A DNA stretch of 64,000 bases, from assembly GCA_024137785.1 (NCBI GenBank), contig JAHRHZ010000282.1, forward strand, positions 710,401 through 774,400. The letters run 5' to 3'. A program made the position numbers and the translations under genes. Positions 12,561 through 26,314 of this stretch are shown here, in pieces; position 1 is the stretch's first letter; the number at the start of each line of letters is the position of its first letter. This DNA comes from Ginglymostoma cirratum. Its lineage: Eukaryota. Under the pieces are notes generated by a model. The model saw only the letters and a list, made by a program, of their open reading frames with translations, was not told where the DNA came from and searched no databases.

Positions 12561-15107
12561 ATTATGTTTTTTTTAGCTGGATTCTGGACTGCTGTGACTG
12601 CCACAGTGGGGAAGTGACGCCAAACCCTACCACGTTGCAGAATTTCCAGTTAATGTTTATTGTCGGTTTCTATTGACTTCAATGTCACCTCAAGCCTGTT
12701 AAACAGAAAATAGAACAGCTTTATAAGTAAGGTCTTCGAATGTAATTTTCTGTATGGATAAAAGCGGTGCAGGCCTGAGTTTGTGAGCAGATATTATCAA
12801 TATCAGAACTCCAAAGCAGACTGTCAACAGGGAAGTGGGTGCATTTAACTTCTTCACTTAATCCAAGACATCATTCCTTTTGTGAAGAAATTCTTTGATC
12901 CCACCTATGTCATGGAACAGTTCTCTCTTTCTTGTCCTCTATCATTCTTGCGTGCTCTCCTTATCACTTTCTGCTCTACAGTCGATCTCAACTGAAACAG
13001 GCTGATGTGAATTGGTGACCTACAGACTGATCCCAATGCAAACAACTCGTGTCACACAACAGCAGTGTCCCTACATCTGCATTAGGAAGCCGGGGTTCAA
13101 GTCACTCCTGATCCACAGGCATGTCATAGCACCTTTGAACAGGTTAATTATAAAATATCTGAATCCAACACAACACTACTTGGAGGAAAAAATGGGGTGT
13201 GATACATTGCTATTCAGGTAAAAAAAATGCTGCTTCAGGCAATTGGTGACTATCACAGATATATTGCTGCTGGTATTAATTCCAAATACCTTTACACAAG
13301 CCATTATTTCCCGATCTTTCCACCCTAAGACAGAAACATGAAAACTTCGATTTGCAGGCAAGGTATTGAATATTTATATTTGAGTGACAGGGCTTCGGTA
13401 ATTTATATGGATTTCTAGTCAGAGATGAGGTTGAAATATTGAGAGGTGTTGTTTTTCAAGCACATTCAATGGTCAAGTTGTCTTACAGGGTAGAGGCTGT
13501 GGGTAGTCATCAGTTTGGACTTTTTTTAGAATAACAATTGAATCAGTTTTTTTGTAATATTTCTGGATGGTTTCATGAAGGTAGATGATTATCCATGATC
13601 ATATTCAATGGTGGAATAGGTTCACAACTTCGACTGACCTCCCGTGTTCATAATTCTTTTGTTTGTATCAGTTCAACTGTGACTTCTTAACCTCCTGAAA
13701 TAAAGGTGATCAGCTGCAGATTACACCAATAAGAAATGTTTGAGCTGGCCAGGCTTCTTTCATGGTAACATGGAAGCAGAAGGCCTCTACATGGAAATCA
13801 TTTAAATTGTGCACGGGTTCAATATGTTGGATGTGGAGCCACTTTCTTTTGAGTATGAGTCTACAGCCAAGAGCTGCCACTCGCAGAAGAAAACATATAA
13901 GGAAGAATATATCTGCACAGAAACGCATGAACACGTGGATTCCATTGAGATGCGGAGTGAGTGGTGAAGAAAAATATAGGATGAATAAAGGAGTAGAGAG
14001 ACACAGGTCCCATAAGGCAATAGTTCACCATCGGGGATTGGCTCGAGTGGGGGATAATCACATGTTTTCTAGTTATGGGTCAAATTGCCTGCCCCGAACC
14101 CGAAGATTGATTTTAATGTAAAACTCAGACAAAGGTACTCTCAGTGAACACGGGAGAGAATCAGCCGATGGTTTGCAAGGAATTGAAATTGTCAGAGATG
14201 TGGAAGAGGGAATTTCCAGTGAGTAACAGTAAAACCACAGCCAAAGCCGCACAAATGAAAACCAACTGACAGTTGTAGCCTTTAAGACACGTTGTCACGA
14301 TAATCACAACATACACGCAGAAATAACATGAAATTTCATATAAAAATTAAAACGAATGGAAACTCGAAGAAAAGTTTGACCCCCTTGTTGGAAAGAGTCA
14401 AATAGAACGGAAGTCAAGCAGAAGCTCTTGTGATGTGTTAAAGTGACAAAGAAGTTTTATGTTTCACTACCCATGCTTGTTGTCACTAAATCTATGGTTT
14501 CTAATGGAATTTCTTGCAGGCATTGATTGTACATAGTTGGGTTAACTCACAGAATTACCTGTTTGGAAAGTAATTGTTTTATTAGTGTTCGAATGTTTCT
14601 TTATGTTTTTCTTTCCACAAGGAAAACAGAAATAGAAATTTCTAATCACAGAATCGGGCAACATGGAGGAATTTTATGTGTGTATGTTTCCACTCCGGCA
14701 AGGAGTCATCTAATTATTTCTGGTATCTTCGCTGTTTCCCCATAAATACACGTACTTGTCGTGCTCATTATTTGTCAAATTAAAGTTGGAAAGTTATCGT
14801 TGAATCCACGTGCACCTATGCAAATATAACAGACTATATCGCGCACTGAATCAAGTGAAAATAATCATCTGGTAAGTTGCAAGTTATGATAAGTATCACG
14901 AATACAGAATTGATCCTGAGATTAACATGTTTCCGCCATCAAATGTGAAGGAGCAAACACAGGAAAGAAAAAGAACCCCTGCAGATTCAGTTCGCTGGTG
15001 CCCCAGAGTCCACCTCCACAAAGCTTTACAGTCAAGTTTTGTACAGCTCAATCCTTGCTCTCTATCAATGTGTGTCTTTATTCCCAAAATCTTCAATTTT
15101 TTTTTTA

Positions 15108-15320
15108 CAGCTCTCTCAGGGCTCTATATCACGGTGCCAGTAATCTCACCATGTTCAGATTCTTGGACAGCTCTCTCCGGGCTCTACAACATTGTGTCTA
15201 TAACCCTCACCATGTTCAGGTTTTGCATCAGATCTCTCCGGGATCCATGTCACTGTATCTGTAAGCTCACCGTGTTTGAGTATTTGTAGAGCTCTCCCCA
15301 TCCTCTGTCTCACTATGTGT
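15108..15320 (+). repeat. ~60-bp tandem minisatellite, ~3.5 degenerate copies
   Basis: Unit agctctctc(a/c)gggctcta...ctcaccatgttcag recurs at ~15109, 15169, 15230 and 15290. Confidence 0.75.
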
Positions 15321-16144
15321 GCTGATATGCCGACTCAGTGAACAGTAATAAACAGTGGAGGTTCTCAGTTGTATTTTAGAGATCTTTACCTGGTTGGTTT
15401 TCACTGAAAAATCAATGGAAGCAGCAAGTCCTTCCCGGGCAGTGTTTTCTTTATTCCCCTGTTTTTGAAGCAGATATTTCAGAACCTGTCTTGGGGACTG
15501 ACTGTACCAGTAAGCTGCATATTGACAGAACCCTTTATATTCGTAGCTTGAAGTAGCATGGTCACCAGCAGCAGAGGTTGTAAATGTGGACTCTGGGACA
15601 TCAGAGAACTGGAATCTATGAGATTAAAAGTAGACGTTTGTTTAGAATAGTTCTTCTGTATCAAAGATATGAACAGCTCTGTCAATAAGGCATTTTGTTC
15701 AATTTCGAGCTATTTCGATATGTCTTCACTCTAATTTGAAAAGAAAACACAGCCTGGAAATGTCGACATCTGTTTCTTTGGAAAAGAAAAAGCAAGTGTT
15801 CTGATCATGATCACATGACAGAATAGAGGGTGAAAAGAAATGATTCAGGAGTAACCTTAAAACGGGAATTGGGAAAAAGAAAACCTGAAGCATTGAATAA
15901 TTCCAGGATCACGAAGAAATGTAAGGGGAAGTTCACAGTTTGAACATATCTTGGAAGAATCCGCGGGGTCATTATGGAGCGTATAATAAGATTTTGCTCT
16001 GTTTAATCGCCGGATTAAGATTGAATATCTGCACATATATTACTTTGAAAAACACACATATCCGAAATATTTAACAGTTAATTCCGCTTTTCTCTGTGAC
16101 AGTCATTTTCAGAATAAGTTGATGGAGAGTAGCCCCATTGTATG

Positions 16145-16565
16145 TGTCAGAGATGGTTAGATCTGCAGATACTGGAGTCAGAGATAACATAATGTGGAGC
16201 TGGAGGAGCAGAGCAGACCAGGCAGCATCATAGGAACAAAAAAGTTGTCTTTGGGGTTGGAACGATTCTTCGGAAATGGTAATGGGGAAGGGAGGTCAGA
16301 AATGAATAGAGAGAAGAGTGAGGGTGCTGGAAAAGGTAAATGGGATGGTGATAGGTGAGTGCAGGTAGGTAGTGGTGGGGATTGGTCAGTGAGGTAGGCG
16401 GGGCAAATAGGTGGGAGAGAAGATGGACAGGTTGTATCAGGTCAAGGAGGCGGGATGAGAGGGAGGGTTGGTCATGGAATGAGATCGGGGGTGGGGTGAT
16501 TTTGAAAAGGGTGAAATCCATGTTAAATCCCCCAACCCCGGCCTCATCCCATGACCAACCCTCTG
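16145..16565 (-). mobile_element. Penelope-like element 3' fragment with short terminal inversion
   Basis: Reverse complement resembles the 3' region of the 1705-3590 element (ctgcagatactggag, cagcatca, gtgaaatccatgtt). 16532-16564 is an inverted copy of ~16463-16495. Confidence 0.65.
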
Positions 16566-16954
16566 AACCTAATGTGAGTTTCACGCTGCATTAGCCTGAT
16601 GTACACGAGACTGGGGAGGGCCTTGTTCAGTCAGTGGAGGCCTCCGCTTAATTTCCATCACAGGAAGGAGGCGGGAGTTCGATAATTGCGCTTTTACTGG
16701 TGTGGCCTGATCTGAAGAACAGCCTGTCGACTCAGTGATCTGTCAATCTCCCAGTAGAAGGAAAAAAATACTTAAAGAATCAACTCTCTCGCTCATTTTA
16801 GCGAATGTTTCCTGCATCCTTTGCGAATGCAGACGCATATTACACACAGTTTCCATCGAGTAATGACTGATTTCGACTTCCCTACCATACACAGCTCACA
16901 GATGCAGGGAGAGAGAATTAAGTGGCAACCAGAAAGTCAACGGATCCGTAAAAT

Positions 16955-17302
16955 TCATACAGTGTGGAAATAGGCGATTTGGCCAAACGATCCACATAAG
17001 CAGTCTCAAGATCATCCCACCCAAACCTACCGTCCTAACCAATGCCTGTAACCCTGCATTTCATACGGCTAATGCACCTAACCTACACATCCCTAAAACA
17101 TGCTTAATTTAGCATGGCCAATCCATCCAACTTGCACATCTTTGTACTGTGGGACGAATCTGAAGCATATGGCAGAAACCCACGCAGACATGGGGAGAAC
17201 ATGCAATCTCCACTCAGACTGCCTCCCAAGGATGGAATCCAAACCGGATCCCTGAAGGTGTAAAGCAGCAGTCCTAACAACTGAGCTATATTGACGCCCC
17301 TT
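16955..17302 (-). mobile_element. tRNA-derived SINE (shark HE1-like)
   Basis: Minus strand: ggggcgtc..tagctcagttgttagg (A box), ggtttggattcc (B box), tttgc/tctccccatgtctgcgtgggtttc core and a CR1-like tail. Confidence 0.8.
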
Positions 17303-18074
17303 TTTTGGGATGTTCGGGCATCATTTAAAAGAAATTCTGTTAAACAAAGCGTTGCCTCCGCTACTGTGGCACTGGGGCTCATTATTACATTGATCTCTGA
17401 CTATTAAAGCAGATTCATCGCCGCACTACACATTATTACATTACACGACCATACCTCTGCCCGTATTACCCCATTTGCCTTTCCACGAGAACATGGTATT
17501 ATGCTATATCCTAATTTATATTAAACGAGGTACCAGATGTTGAACACCACTATGTCTGAGCTAATATCACACTCGGCCCCATCTAAATTGTCACTGTAGT
17601 ACAAGATCACTTCACTTTTCATATTACACTGTTTCTGTTTTGATTACAGTTGCATCTGCCTCAGTTATTACAGCAATAGATCACGTACCACTTTTCATTC
17701 CATTGACTGTGTCTCCGTTGCCTCTGTATTTGGTGCAATATTTCTTGACTGGTGTTGTAGTAATTCTTCTTCATGCCTCTATACTTATTTTGGTCACACG
17801 AGGGCATGCATCACCTGTTCCTTTGCTGGAAACCTGGAGTTCATTCTCGAGCGTTTCGGCATAATGGCTGTATACGTGATTTAGCAGGACATACAAAATG
17901 GTTTGTCGATCCCACTTGATGCAGATTTGATGTACCCTCAGATCAGTCATGAACTTATTGAATAGCAGAACAAACATACGTGCAGTCCTTCAATCACACA
18001 ACCCTACACACCATAATATCAACTAATACCTTCACAGTATGAGCAGTGTTATTCGCCAAGATAATGGAAAAAGA

Positions 18075-19790
18075 ACAAGAACAAAGGGCAATGCAGGACA
18101 AGAAAAGACCCTTCGGTACTCCAAGCCTGCTCCATCATAATTTGCCCTCCCATACGAAAATGGACTTCACTCACAGGATCTGTATCTCACTGTTCCTTTC
18201 CTATTCATGCACTTGTCTTTTTGCTTCTTGAATGCAGCTATTGAGTCTACTTTCAGCACCTCCTCTGGCAGCACGGTCCAGGCACTCACCACCCTTTGTG
18301 TGAAATGTTTGTCTCGCACATATCTTCTAACCTCCACCCCCAAGCTCTGCACTTTGATCCTGTGTCCCCTAGTAATTGACGCCTCCACCCTGGGAAAAAG
18401 CCTCAAATCTTCTCCTCGATCTATGTCATTTGCAATCTAATAAGCTACTACCAGGTCGCCCCCCAACCTCTTGTGTTCCAGTAAAAACAAGCTCCTTCAA
18501 TCCAGATTTTTTTTCACGTCGTAGAATCCCCACAGTGTGGATACAGGACATTAAGCCCACCAACACCACACTGACCCTCCAAAGAGCATCTCACCCAGAA
18601 CCATCCAACTACCCTACATTTGAATTTCCTGTAGCTAATGCACGTAGCCTACTCATCCCTGAAGACTATGGGAAATTTAGCATTGCCAATCCACCCAACC
18701 TGCTTACCTACCTTATCTACCTGCGCTGCCACCTCCAGTAATCTGTGGACATGCACACCCAAATCCCCCTGCATATCAATACTCCTAAGGGTCCTGCCAT
18801 TCATTGGATAATTTCCACCTGTACTTGAACTTTAAAAGTGTATCACCTCACATATGACCGGTTTAAACTTCATCTGAGACTTTTCAGCCCATGCCTCCAA
18901 CTGACCTACATCCTACTGTACATCTGACAATCCTTCTCACTATCAGCAAGTCGATCAATCTTTGTATTGTCAGCAATCTTACTAATTACACCAGCCACGT
19001 TTTACTCCAAATCATTTATGCAGACCATGAACAACAAAGGTTCCAGTACTGATCCCTAAGGAACACCAGGAGTCGCAGTCATCTATTCTAACAAACATTT
19101 TTCCTTCACTACAGTTAGTCTCCTCTGACTGAGCCAGTCCTGCAACCCATTTTGCCAACACACCCCGATACTATGTGACTTCGCCTTTTGTAACAGTCTA
19201 TCATGAAGGACCCTGTCAAACACTTTACTAAAGTCCAAGTAGACGACTTCAACTGCTTTTTCCTTCATCAGTCATTTTCATCACTTCCCAAAAATTTTAA
19301 TGAAGTTAGTGAGGCATGACCTCCCCCCGACAAAATCATGCTGTCTATCGCTAGTAAGTCCATTTGCTTAGAAATACGTACAGATCTTGTCCCTGAGAAT
19401 TTTTTCCAATAATTTCCCTACAACGGCCTTGAGGCTCACAGGTCTATAATTTCTAAGATTATCCCTATTACCCTTCTCAAAAAAAGGAGACAAAATTGGC
19501 TATTCTCCGGTCCTCTGGAACCTCAACTGTGGCCAAATAATATATAAAGATATTTGTCATTGCTCCAACAATTTGTTCTCTTCCATCTCTCAATATTCTG
19601 ATATAGATCCCATCAGGATCTGGCGACTTTTCTACCTTAAAACTTTTTTAAGTCGCTCAACAACTCTTCTTTTTTAACAGCAACTGAACTTAGAAATTCG
19701 ACACTGCCTTTCGTGAGATCATCCTGCACCGATTCCTTCTCTTTGGTAAATATCAACGCAAAGTATTTGTTTAGGACATCCCATACATCT
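18075..19790 (-). mobile_element. CR1-type LINE fragment (RT region), interrupted by a SINE fragment (~18525-18715)
   Basis: Minus-strand peptides VVYLDFSKVFDRVLHDRLLQK and LFPRVEASITRGH..FTQRVVSAW; CR1-like 3' tail near 18080-18130. Confidence 0.85.
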
Positions 19791-20598
19791 ACAAGTACAG
19801 ATGAGTTGATCGATGCTCTTCATTGGAACGAACTTATCATCACAAATACGTGTCCTCAACCCATTTGATTTACTCCTCATAACATTAAGTAATGGATGAA
19901 GGCAATGGAAACCAGAAGAGTTTTGGGTCCTGACAGCATTCTAGCAATTGTACTAAAGAGCTGTGCTATTGATATGCAGACATTATGCAGAAATGCTCGA
20001 GAATGAATTCGAGGCTTCGAGGAAAGTGGCAATTAATGCCTGATTGTTCATTCTACAGATGCCAATGAGGGACATATGTGTGTGTGTGAGCTCGACTGCA
20101 GGGTACACAGTTGAGAATGTTAATGAATGATACATAGGAGAGCTATAAGTAAGTACTAGCACGGTTGGCTGATCTGTCAATCAGATTTCTATCAATTGTA
20201 TTCATGTGCTTATTTATTCAACAAATAAAAGGTTTCTGGAGCCAAGTGATAAACTTGTTTTCTGAGCTTAAGATGACAATTCCAACACTTGAACTTTCGA
20301 GAGGGTCCCCCCCAAGTAATGTGCAACATTGTTGGCGCATCTCCACAAGTGTACCACGAATTTGTGCATTTAGCAAGGACCACTCTAATCATGATAGAAC
20401 AACGCCTGCCTTGTCCCAGATGGAGCTTGTCACAAGAAATCTGTTATTGACAATCTCGTTTTTTCCCATATCTTGATCCGAAGGAGACTGCTGGTTGAGC
20501 TTGTTCAGTTAACTTGCTGCACAAAGAGCACCAAGATAAATGGTATACTGCAAGTAGATTGAGAATGGGAGGGTAAACGAGGTGTGGCATGGGTAAAA

Positions 20599-20740
20599 AG
20601 CCTCAAGGCCGTTGTAGGGAAATTATTGGAAAAATTCTCAGGGACAAGATCTTTACGCATTTCTAAGCAAATGGACATACTAGCGATAGACAGCATGATT
20701 TTGTCGGGGGGAGTTCATGCCTCACTAATTTCATTAAAAT
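20599..20740 (+). repeat. Near-identical inverted copy of 19295-19436
   Basis: Reverse complement matches 19295-19436 with only ~6 differences. Followed by a tandem duplication tgtcaaccagatta x2 (20740-20770). Confidence 0.85.
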
Positions 20741-21864
20741 GTCAACCAGATTAAAGTGTCAACCAGATTATGGGTTTTCATCTATCGGCAATTGTATGAA
20801 AGAGTACTCTTTGCAAGGACAGGAACCCTGGGGAGATATCTCATATGGAGGGCTCTTGTTATGACCTGCTGTGTTCCAGTCAATTATGTGTCAAAAATGT
20901 TTCTGTGTGATGATTCATGGTAGAAAAGTGCTCTGCATGTTGCTGCTGCGTATGATAGGCTGAGTTCTGAGTTCCAGACTGTTCAGGCAGCATTGCACAA
21001 CTTTGATCCAGAAAGATTGCTTAGTAGTTTTCTCCTGGCTTTGACATTTTCTGATTTTTCTTCAGATTTTCCAGGAAGGACAAAGTTTTACATCAGGTCC
21101 TGCAAAGATTAAGACTCTGTTTCAATTCTCTCATGGAGCATGGTTGTTTTCCAAATTGTTGTCCAACGTAAAAAGGGCAAGTTTAGATTTGACTTTATTG
21201 AATTAAGCCAAACTGAAGCCATCTTGCACAGACAGCATGGAGCCTTGCTGGAACTGACCTGGTATATGTGGGCAAAGCTACACTGACGTGAAATTGTACA
21301 TAAGCACTGTCCCAGTTTTCATTGAACTTATGCATTTACTGAACTGGTCATATCGAAATGTTGAAATAAACATGTTCGTAATGGGTATAATAGTATTGGG
21401 CTGCCGCTTTGAATATAGCAGCAGTGACCTGGGAAGATGTGGTTATTTTTAAATGAAGAATGAACTCGTGCATCCTGAATGTAACTACTTTGAGGGACCA
21501 ATCGACAATTTTGGCGAAATCAATTGAGTTACAAGCTATATGGTCTCAAAATCACATTGCACTTAGCTAGTGATCAAACAGACACAACAGTTCTGAGGAG
21601 AGAGAAGATGATCATTTCCGCCAAGACTTTTATATTTCACAGACTGGTCAAGCGTCTCTTTCGGCTCAAAATCTAGGCAACTCTCTTTCTTTTATCTAGA
21701 GAAATACAACTGGTCCAGTTGTACAATCTCTGGCTATTTCATGTTCGAACAGTGTCTTAACCCATGAAATATAATACATTCTACCTTATCAGCAAAATCA
21801 GTCGAGCATCAACTGCACTGATCTGTTTTGTTTCAACACGTTATTTATGTAAAAGATCAAATAT

Positions 21865-21902
21865 CTAATTATCTCCCTGTAGACTTGTCCCCAGCTACAA
21901 AT
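21865..21902 (+). promoter_or_regulatory. Putative promoter of GPCR gene B: CTAATTATCTCCCTGTAGA + TACAAAT
   Basis: Same motif as upstream of gene A and the orphan exon 1, with a TATA-like element at equivalent spacing. Confidence 0.45.
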
Positions 21903-21952
21903 GTGATCATTTTACAGTGAAATGTAGAATGCACCCAGAGCTTGTGATCGAA

Positions 21953-24900
21953 ATGCACGGAATACCCAAAGGTCTGGTGTTTGCCATTTACTATCCCGTT
22001 GTTGCAGCAATCGGAGTACCAGGTGAGGTATAGGTCTTCAGTCGTAGCTGAGTGGCTTATAGGTGTACTGCATCAATTCTTCATTTTTCTAGTAACACGA
22101 CTCCAAAATAAATATTCTTCCTCCGTTTTAACTAGCTACATATTTCACGTTATTGGTCGATATTGTTCCCCTTATCTGATATACTTTGTGGTTTTTTTTC
22201 ACACCATCATTCTTCTTCTGAAATCGTTTTACTTCGCTGATTAAGTCATTGACTGAGATGGTTTTTCTAAATAAATACTTTAATTTCTCTCATTTAGATG
22301 TTATTATAACAGTTAACCTGCATAGTTTCTTCTTGCAATATGTCTAATTTACCCTTTAAGTCTTGTGTGCCTCAGTGAGACAGACGCCATTTCACTCTCG
22401 TAATAATTTTCTTCCAATTTCTCCTACCACCTCACGATAGCAACATGGTTATATTGTTTTATTCGTAGTCATGGGGGTGATATATGATTTTTTTTCATCG
22501 ATTGAATGCTATTATCCTGTAATTATTAGCAATGCTTTTGAGGGAAAATTGACACAAAATTATTATGGTGTAAACACAGTTGTACTTTTGGTATTGCCAC
22601 TTCTATGGCGCATAAATTACTAGAATGTCATCACAGTTCAAATGGACCCCAGCATGTTATTGGCTCTAATACTGATGGTGAATTATCGCATTATTAGTAG
22701 CATGAAATTCCAGATTTAGTGTGTTATTCCTATAATTACTTTGGGTCTGTTAACACCTTGTTACTAAGGTGCAAATAGGAACTTATTGTGCTACTGAAGT
22801 GATAACAGTGACCGAGTTATTTTAAAAATACTTCGTTGAATGAGAGGGAGGGACATTTAAATCATTCATTCAGAGAATGTGAACGCCATTGGCTGGGACA
22901 GCATTTATTGTTATTTCCTAGTTGCCCTTAGAAAAGCGGTGCTGAGCTGCCTTTTTGAAATTTTGTAATCGTGAGGTTCAGTTCAACACACGAAATCGTG
23001 AGGCGATGTTCCAGGATTTTGATCTCCTTCCTAATGGCATTGTCATTCAACCTAAACAAAATGTTGTTTGTGATTCAAAACTGCAGTTCACCGCCTACTG
23101 AAGGACAGTTAAGGATGGATTATTAAGAAAACTTGTTTCAATCAATGAAGCATTACTATGTATTGTCCTATGACAACTATCACTGTGGGCGAATTGTCGC
23201 CTTGTCATCGTAATGTCAATCAAATAATGCCAGAGTAATTGCCAGATTTGAGAGAATGTGATCATTGCAAAAGTGATTGAATTTATTGAAAGGTCATTAT
23301 TAGTCGAGAAGATGTTTACTGATATACAAGAAATGTATTTTTTGTTCTCCAGCATGGTTATTTGCCACTTGGCCCTGAAACACAGAGCAATTTTGTTTTC
23401 TGTTTTCAGGCTCTAGTTTTTCAGCTCAACTCTGCCCTTACACATTCAATGTTGTTGATGCTTCTAATTTGATGTTCGCTGAGACAGAATTTCCTCCAAC
23501 TGCAAGGAGCTTCTAATGTCGTGCATTCTCCCAATCTTCATCAGTGTCCACATATTGGCTGAGAACTTTTGGTATATCTTAAAGAGACTCAAAAAATGAA
23601 ATGAGGAAAAAGAGCTTGGAAAAGGAGCTCATCGAATGTTTTCCGGATAGATTCTGAGCTTTTTCTAGATTCAGTATTGGAGCTGGCTCCAAAGGGTGTA
23701 TTCTGCAGCAAGATTGGCTAAATTGCTGACATCATAATGTCAGCTTCATAGAGATCATAATGTGATTACATTTTACCTTCAGTTTAAGGCTGAGAAGAGT
23801 AGGCCTAAGTCTATACTTTCAAACTGAGATAAGTGCAATCAGGGCACAAACGTCCTTCTCATCAGTGAACTGGCAAATTGTAATAAAGGATACCTGAATA
23901 ACGATGTAACAGTAAACCTTCAAGGGAATGTTAGAGAACAGAAAGAAGAGGGCAGATACATCCTAAACAGAAATTAATATTCCAAGAAGAGGATCTACGC
24001 TCTGTCGTGCACTGAAGAAGCGAAAAATATTATCAGACTTAAAGAAATATCCTAGAACTGTGCAAAAACTGACTAGTGTGCAGATGCATTCAGGAAATTG
24101 GAAATCGAGCCGAAATTAATTGTTTATTATGAGAAAAATTGAATTCGAATGCAGGCTGGTTATGCCTCGGTTGTGAAGGACGTTGTGAGATCACATATAA
24201 ATGACTGCGCAGAGCAATGGTTTCCTTTTTTATGGAATGTTATAAATAATTTGGAAACAATTCAGAGAAGATACAGTTTATCGTACTGATTCACAGCATG
24301 TCAGGGATGAATATCAAAAGTCTTCACTATCATAATGAAGTCATAGAATCATACAGAGCAGAAACAGACACTTCGATCCAACCAGTCCATGCCCACCATC
24401 ATCCCAAACGAAACTAGAACCACCTGCCTGCGTATATCCCCAAATCCATACCATCACTTTTTATTCACGTACTTATCTAAACGTCTTTTAAACGTTGTAA
24501 CTGTATCTGCATCTATCACTTCCGCTGGAACTTCATTCCGCACAAGAATCAATCATTGTGTAAAAGAAATGTCCATCATATCATTTTGTACATCCTTCTC
24601 CTTTTACCTTAAAAATATTCCTCTGGTCTTGAAATTGACCACCCTAGAAAAAATACAATTTCCATTCACCTTATTAATAACCCTCTTTATTTTATAAACC
24701 TCTATAAGGTCACGCCTCAACTTCAGACATTCCAGTGAAAAAGGTCCTAGCCAAAACAGCCTCTTGTTGTAATTGAACCCATCCATTCCCAGCAACATCT
24801 TGATAAATCTCTTCTGAACCCTGTCCATGTTAATAACATCCTTCCTATAAGCTGAAGAACACATTGCTATCATTCCACGGCTTCCCACGTTTCTTTCCAA

Positions 24901-26314
24901 AACTGAGAGAAATGTATATTGGTCACGCACCTCCTTATGTTTCAGTATACATCTTAGCAAATAAATTGCTGACATTCCCAACAATGAATGATGGCACCAT
25001 ATTTTATTAGAAGGAGCCAGATTTGATCCTCAATGAGCTGTTAACCGTGTTTCTGAAAATGTCCTCACTCGTTGATGATCGTTTTAATATTTACCTACTC
25101 CAATACTTTCTGTAATGTTTTGCTGCTGTATTTTTTTTCGGTTCCCTTACTCTATATTCTATATACTAGATAGAACTTAGAATTATTTGTTTTCTCTGCT
25201 AAAAACCCAACAGAATACTTTGTACCTTATGCCATTAATACATATGCTTTTAATCTGGATATCTCTTTGAAATGCAATAACTATTATCTCGTGCAATGTA
25301 TACATGCTACAAAGTTATGTGCCTCAAAGAGAATCTAGAAAAACGGACAATTTTGATGGAAGTTGAAAAAGTAATTTGCCTGTTTTTATGTCTCCTTCCA
25401 TCTTTCTTTTTACAGCTAATTTGACCGTGATTGTGATCCTGTCTCAAAAAAGATGCGGTCTCTCTAGGTGTATGATTTATTACCTGGTGTCCATGGCGGT
25501 GACAGATCTCTTGGTCCTGGTCACCTCTGTAATACTAAACCGGATTGCTGGGATTTATTTCCCGTACAGTTTCCTGTCCATCACTCCAGTTTGCAGTCTC
25601 CGTACTGTCTTAACTTCCACTGTCGTAGACAGCTCTACTTGGTTAACTGTCACTTTCACCTTTGATCGATTTGTAGTGATTTCATGTCAGAAACTTAAAA
25701 TAAAATACTGCACCAGGAAGACAGCAACATGCGTCACAGGAATCGTGTCTGCATTGTGTACTTTAAAAAATGCATTTTTGTATTTTATATATGAACCTCT
25801 GTACACATTTAACAATGTACCCTGGTTCTGCAAGCCAAAATTAATATTTTATATGTCACCTTCATGGATCACATATGACTTGATTCGTTGCATTTTCAAC
25901 CCTCTTCTCCCATTCATTCTGATTTTACTGTTAAATGCTTTGACCGTTAGATATATTCTCGTGGCCAATAGAGCCCGCAGGAGACTCAGGGCCCAGAGCC
26001 ACGGAGAGAATCAGAATGACCCACAGTTGGAGAAGCGGAGGAAGTCCATTGTTTTACTCTTTGCCATATCAGGCAATTTCCTCTTATTGTATTTCTTATT
26101 TTTTATATCGATTCTCTATGTCCGAATTGCAAAGGTTTCCTACTTCTCCGGTTCAGATTTCAGTGAATCGACTTTTATCCTTGAGGAAAATGGGTTTATG
26201 TTTTTATTTTTGTGTTCCTGCATCAACCCATTTATTTATGCTGGAACCCAGAACAAATTCAGAGTCGAGTTAAAGAATGGGCTGAAATATCCACTGCGTC
26301 GATTTCTTAAATGA
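21953..26314 (+). CDS. GPR139-like class A GPCR, 2 exons (21953-22022; 25416-26314), 322 aa (possible in-frame upstream ATG at 21929)
   Basis: Exon 1 MHGIPKGLVFAIYYPVVAAIGVP G|gtgagg. Acceptor tttacag|CT AAT gives ANLTVIVIL. 7TM ORF with MAVTDLL, TFDRFVV, LPFILILLLN, RRKSIVLL and CINPFIY. Intact. Confidence 0.9.
24340..24850 (-). mobile_element. CR1-type LINE 3' fragment in the intron of GPCR gene B
   Basis: Minus-strand YRKDVINMDRVQKRFIKML...LRRDLIEVYKI; tail catagaatcatacag. Confidence 0.85.

Noticed and set aside
13740-13970. Small ORFs around 13.8k
   Set aside because: Decayed CR1 3' end (LYMEII*IVHGFNMLD), not a gene.
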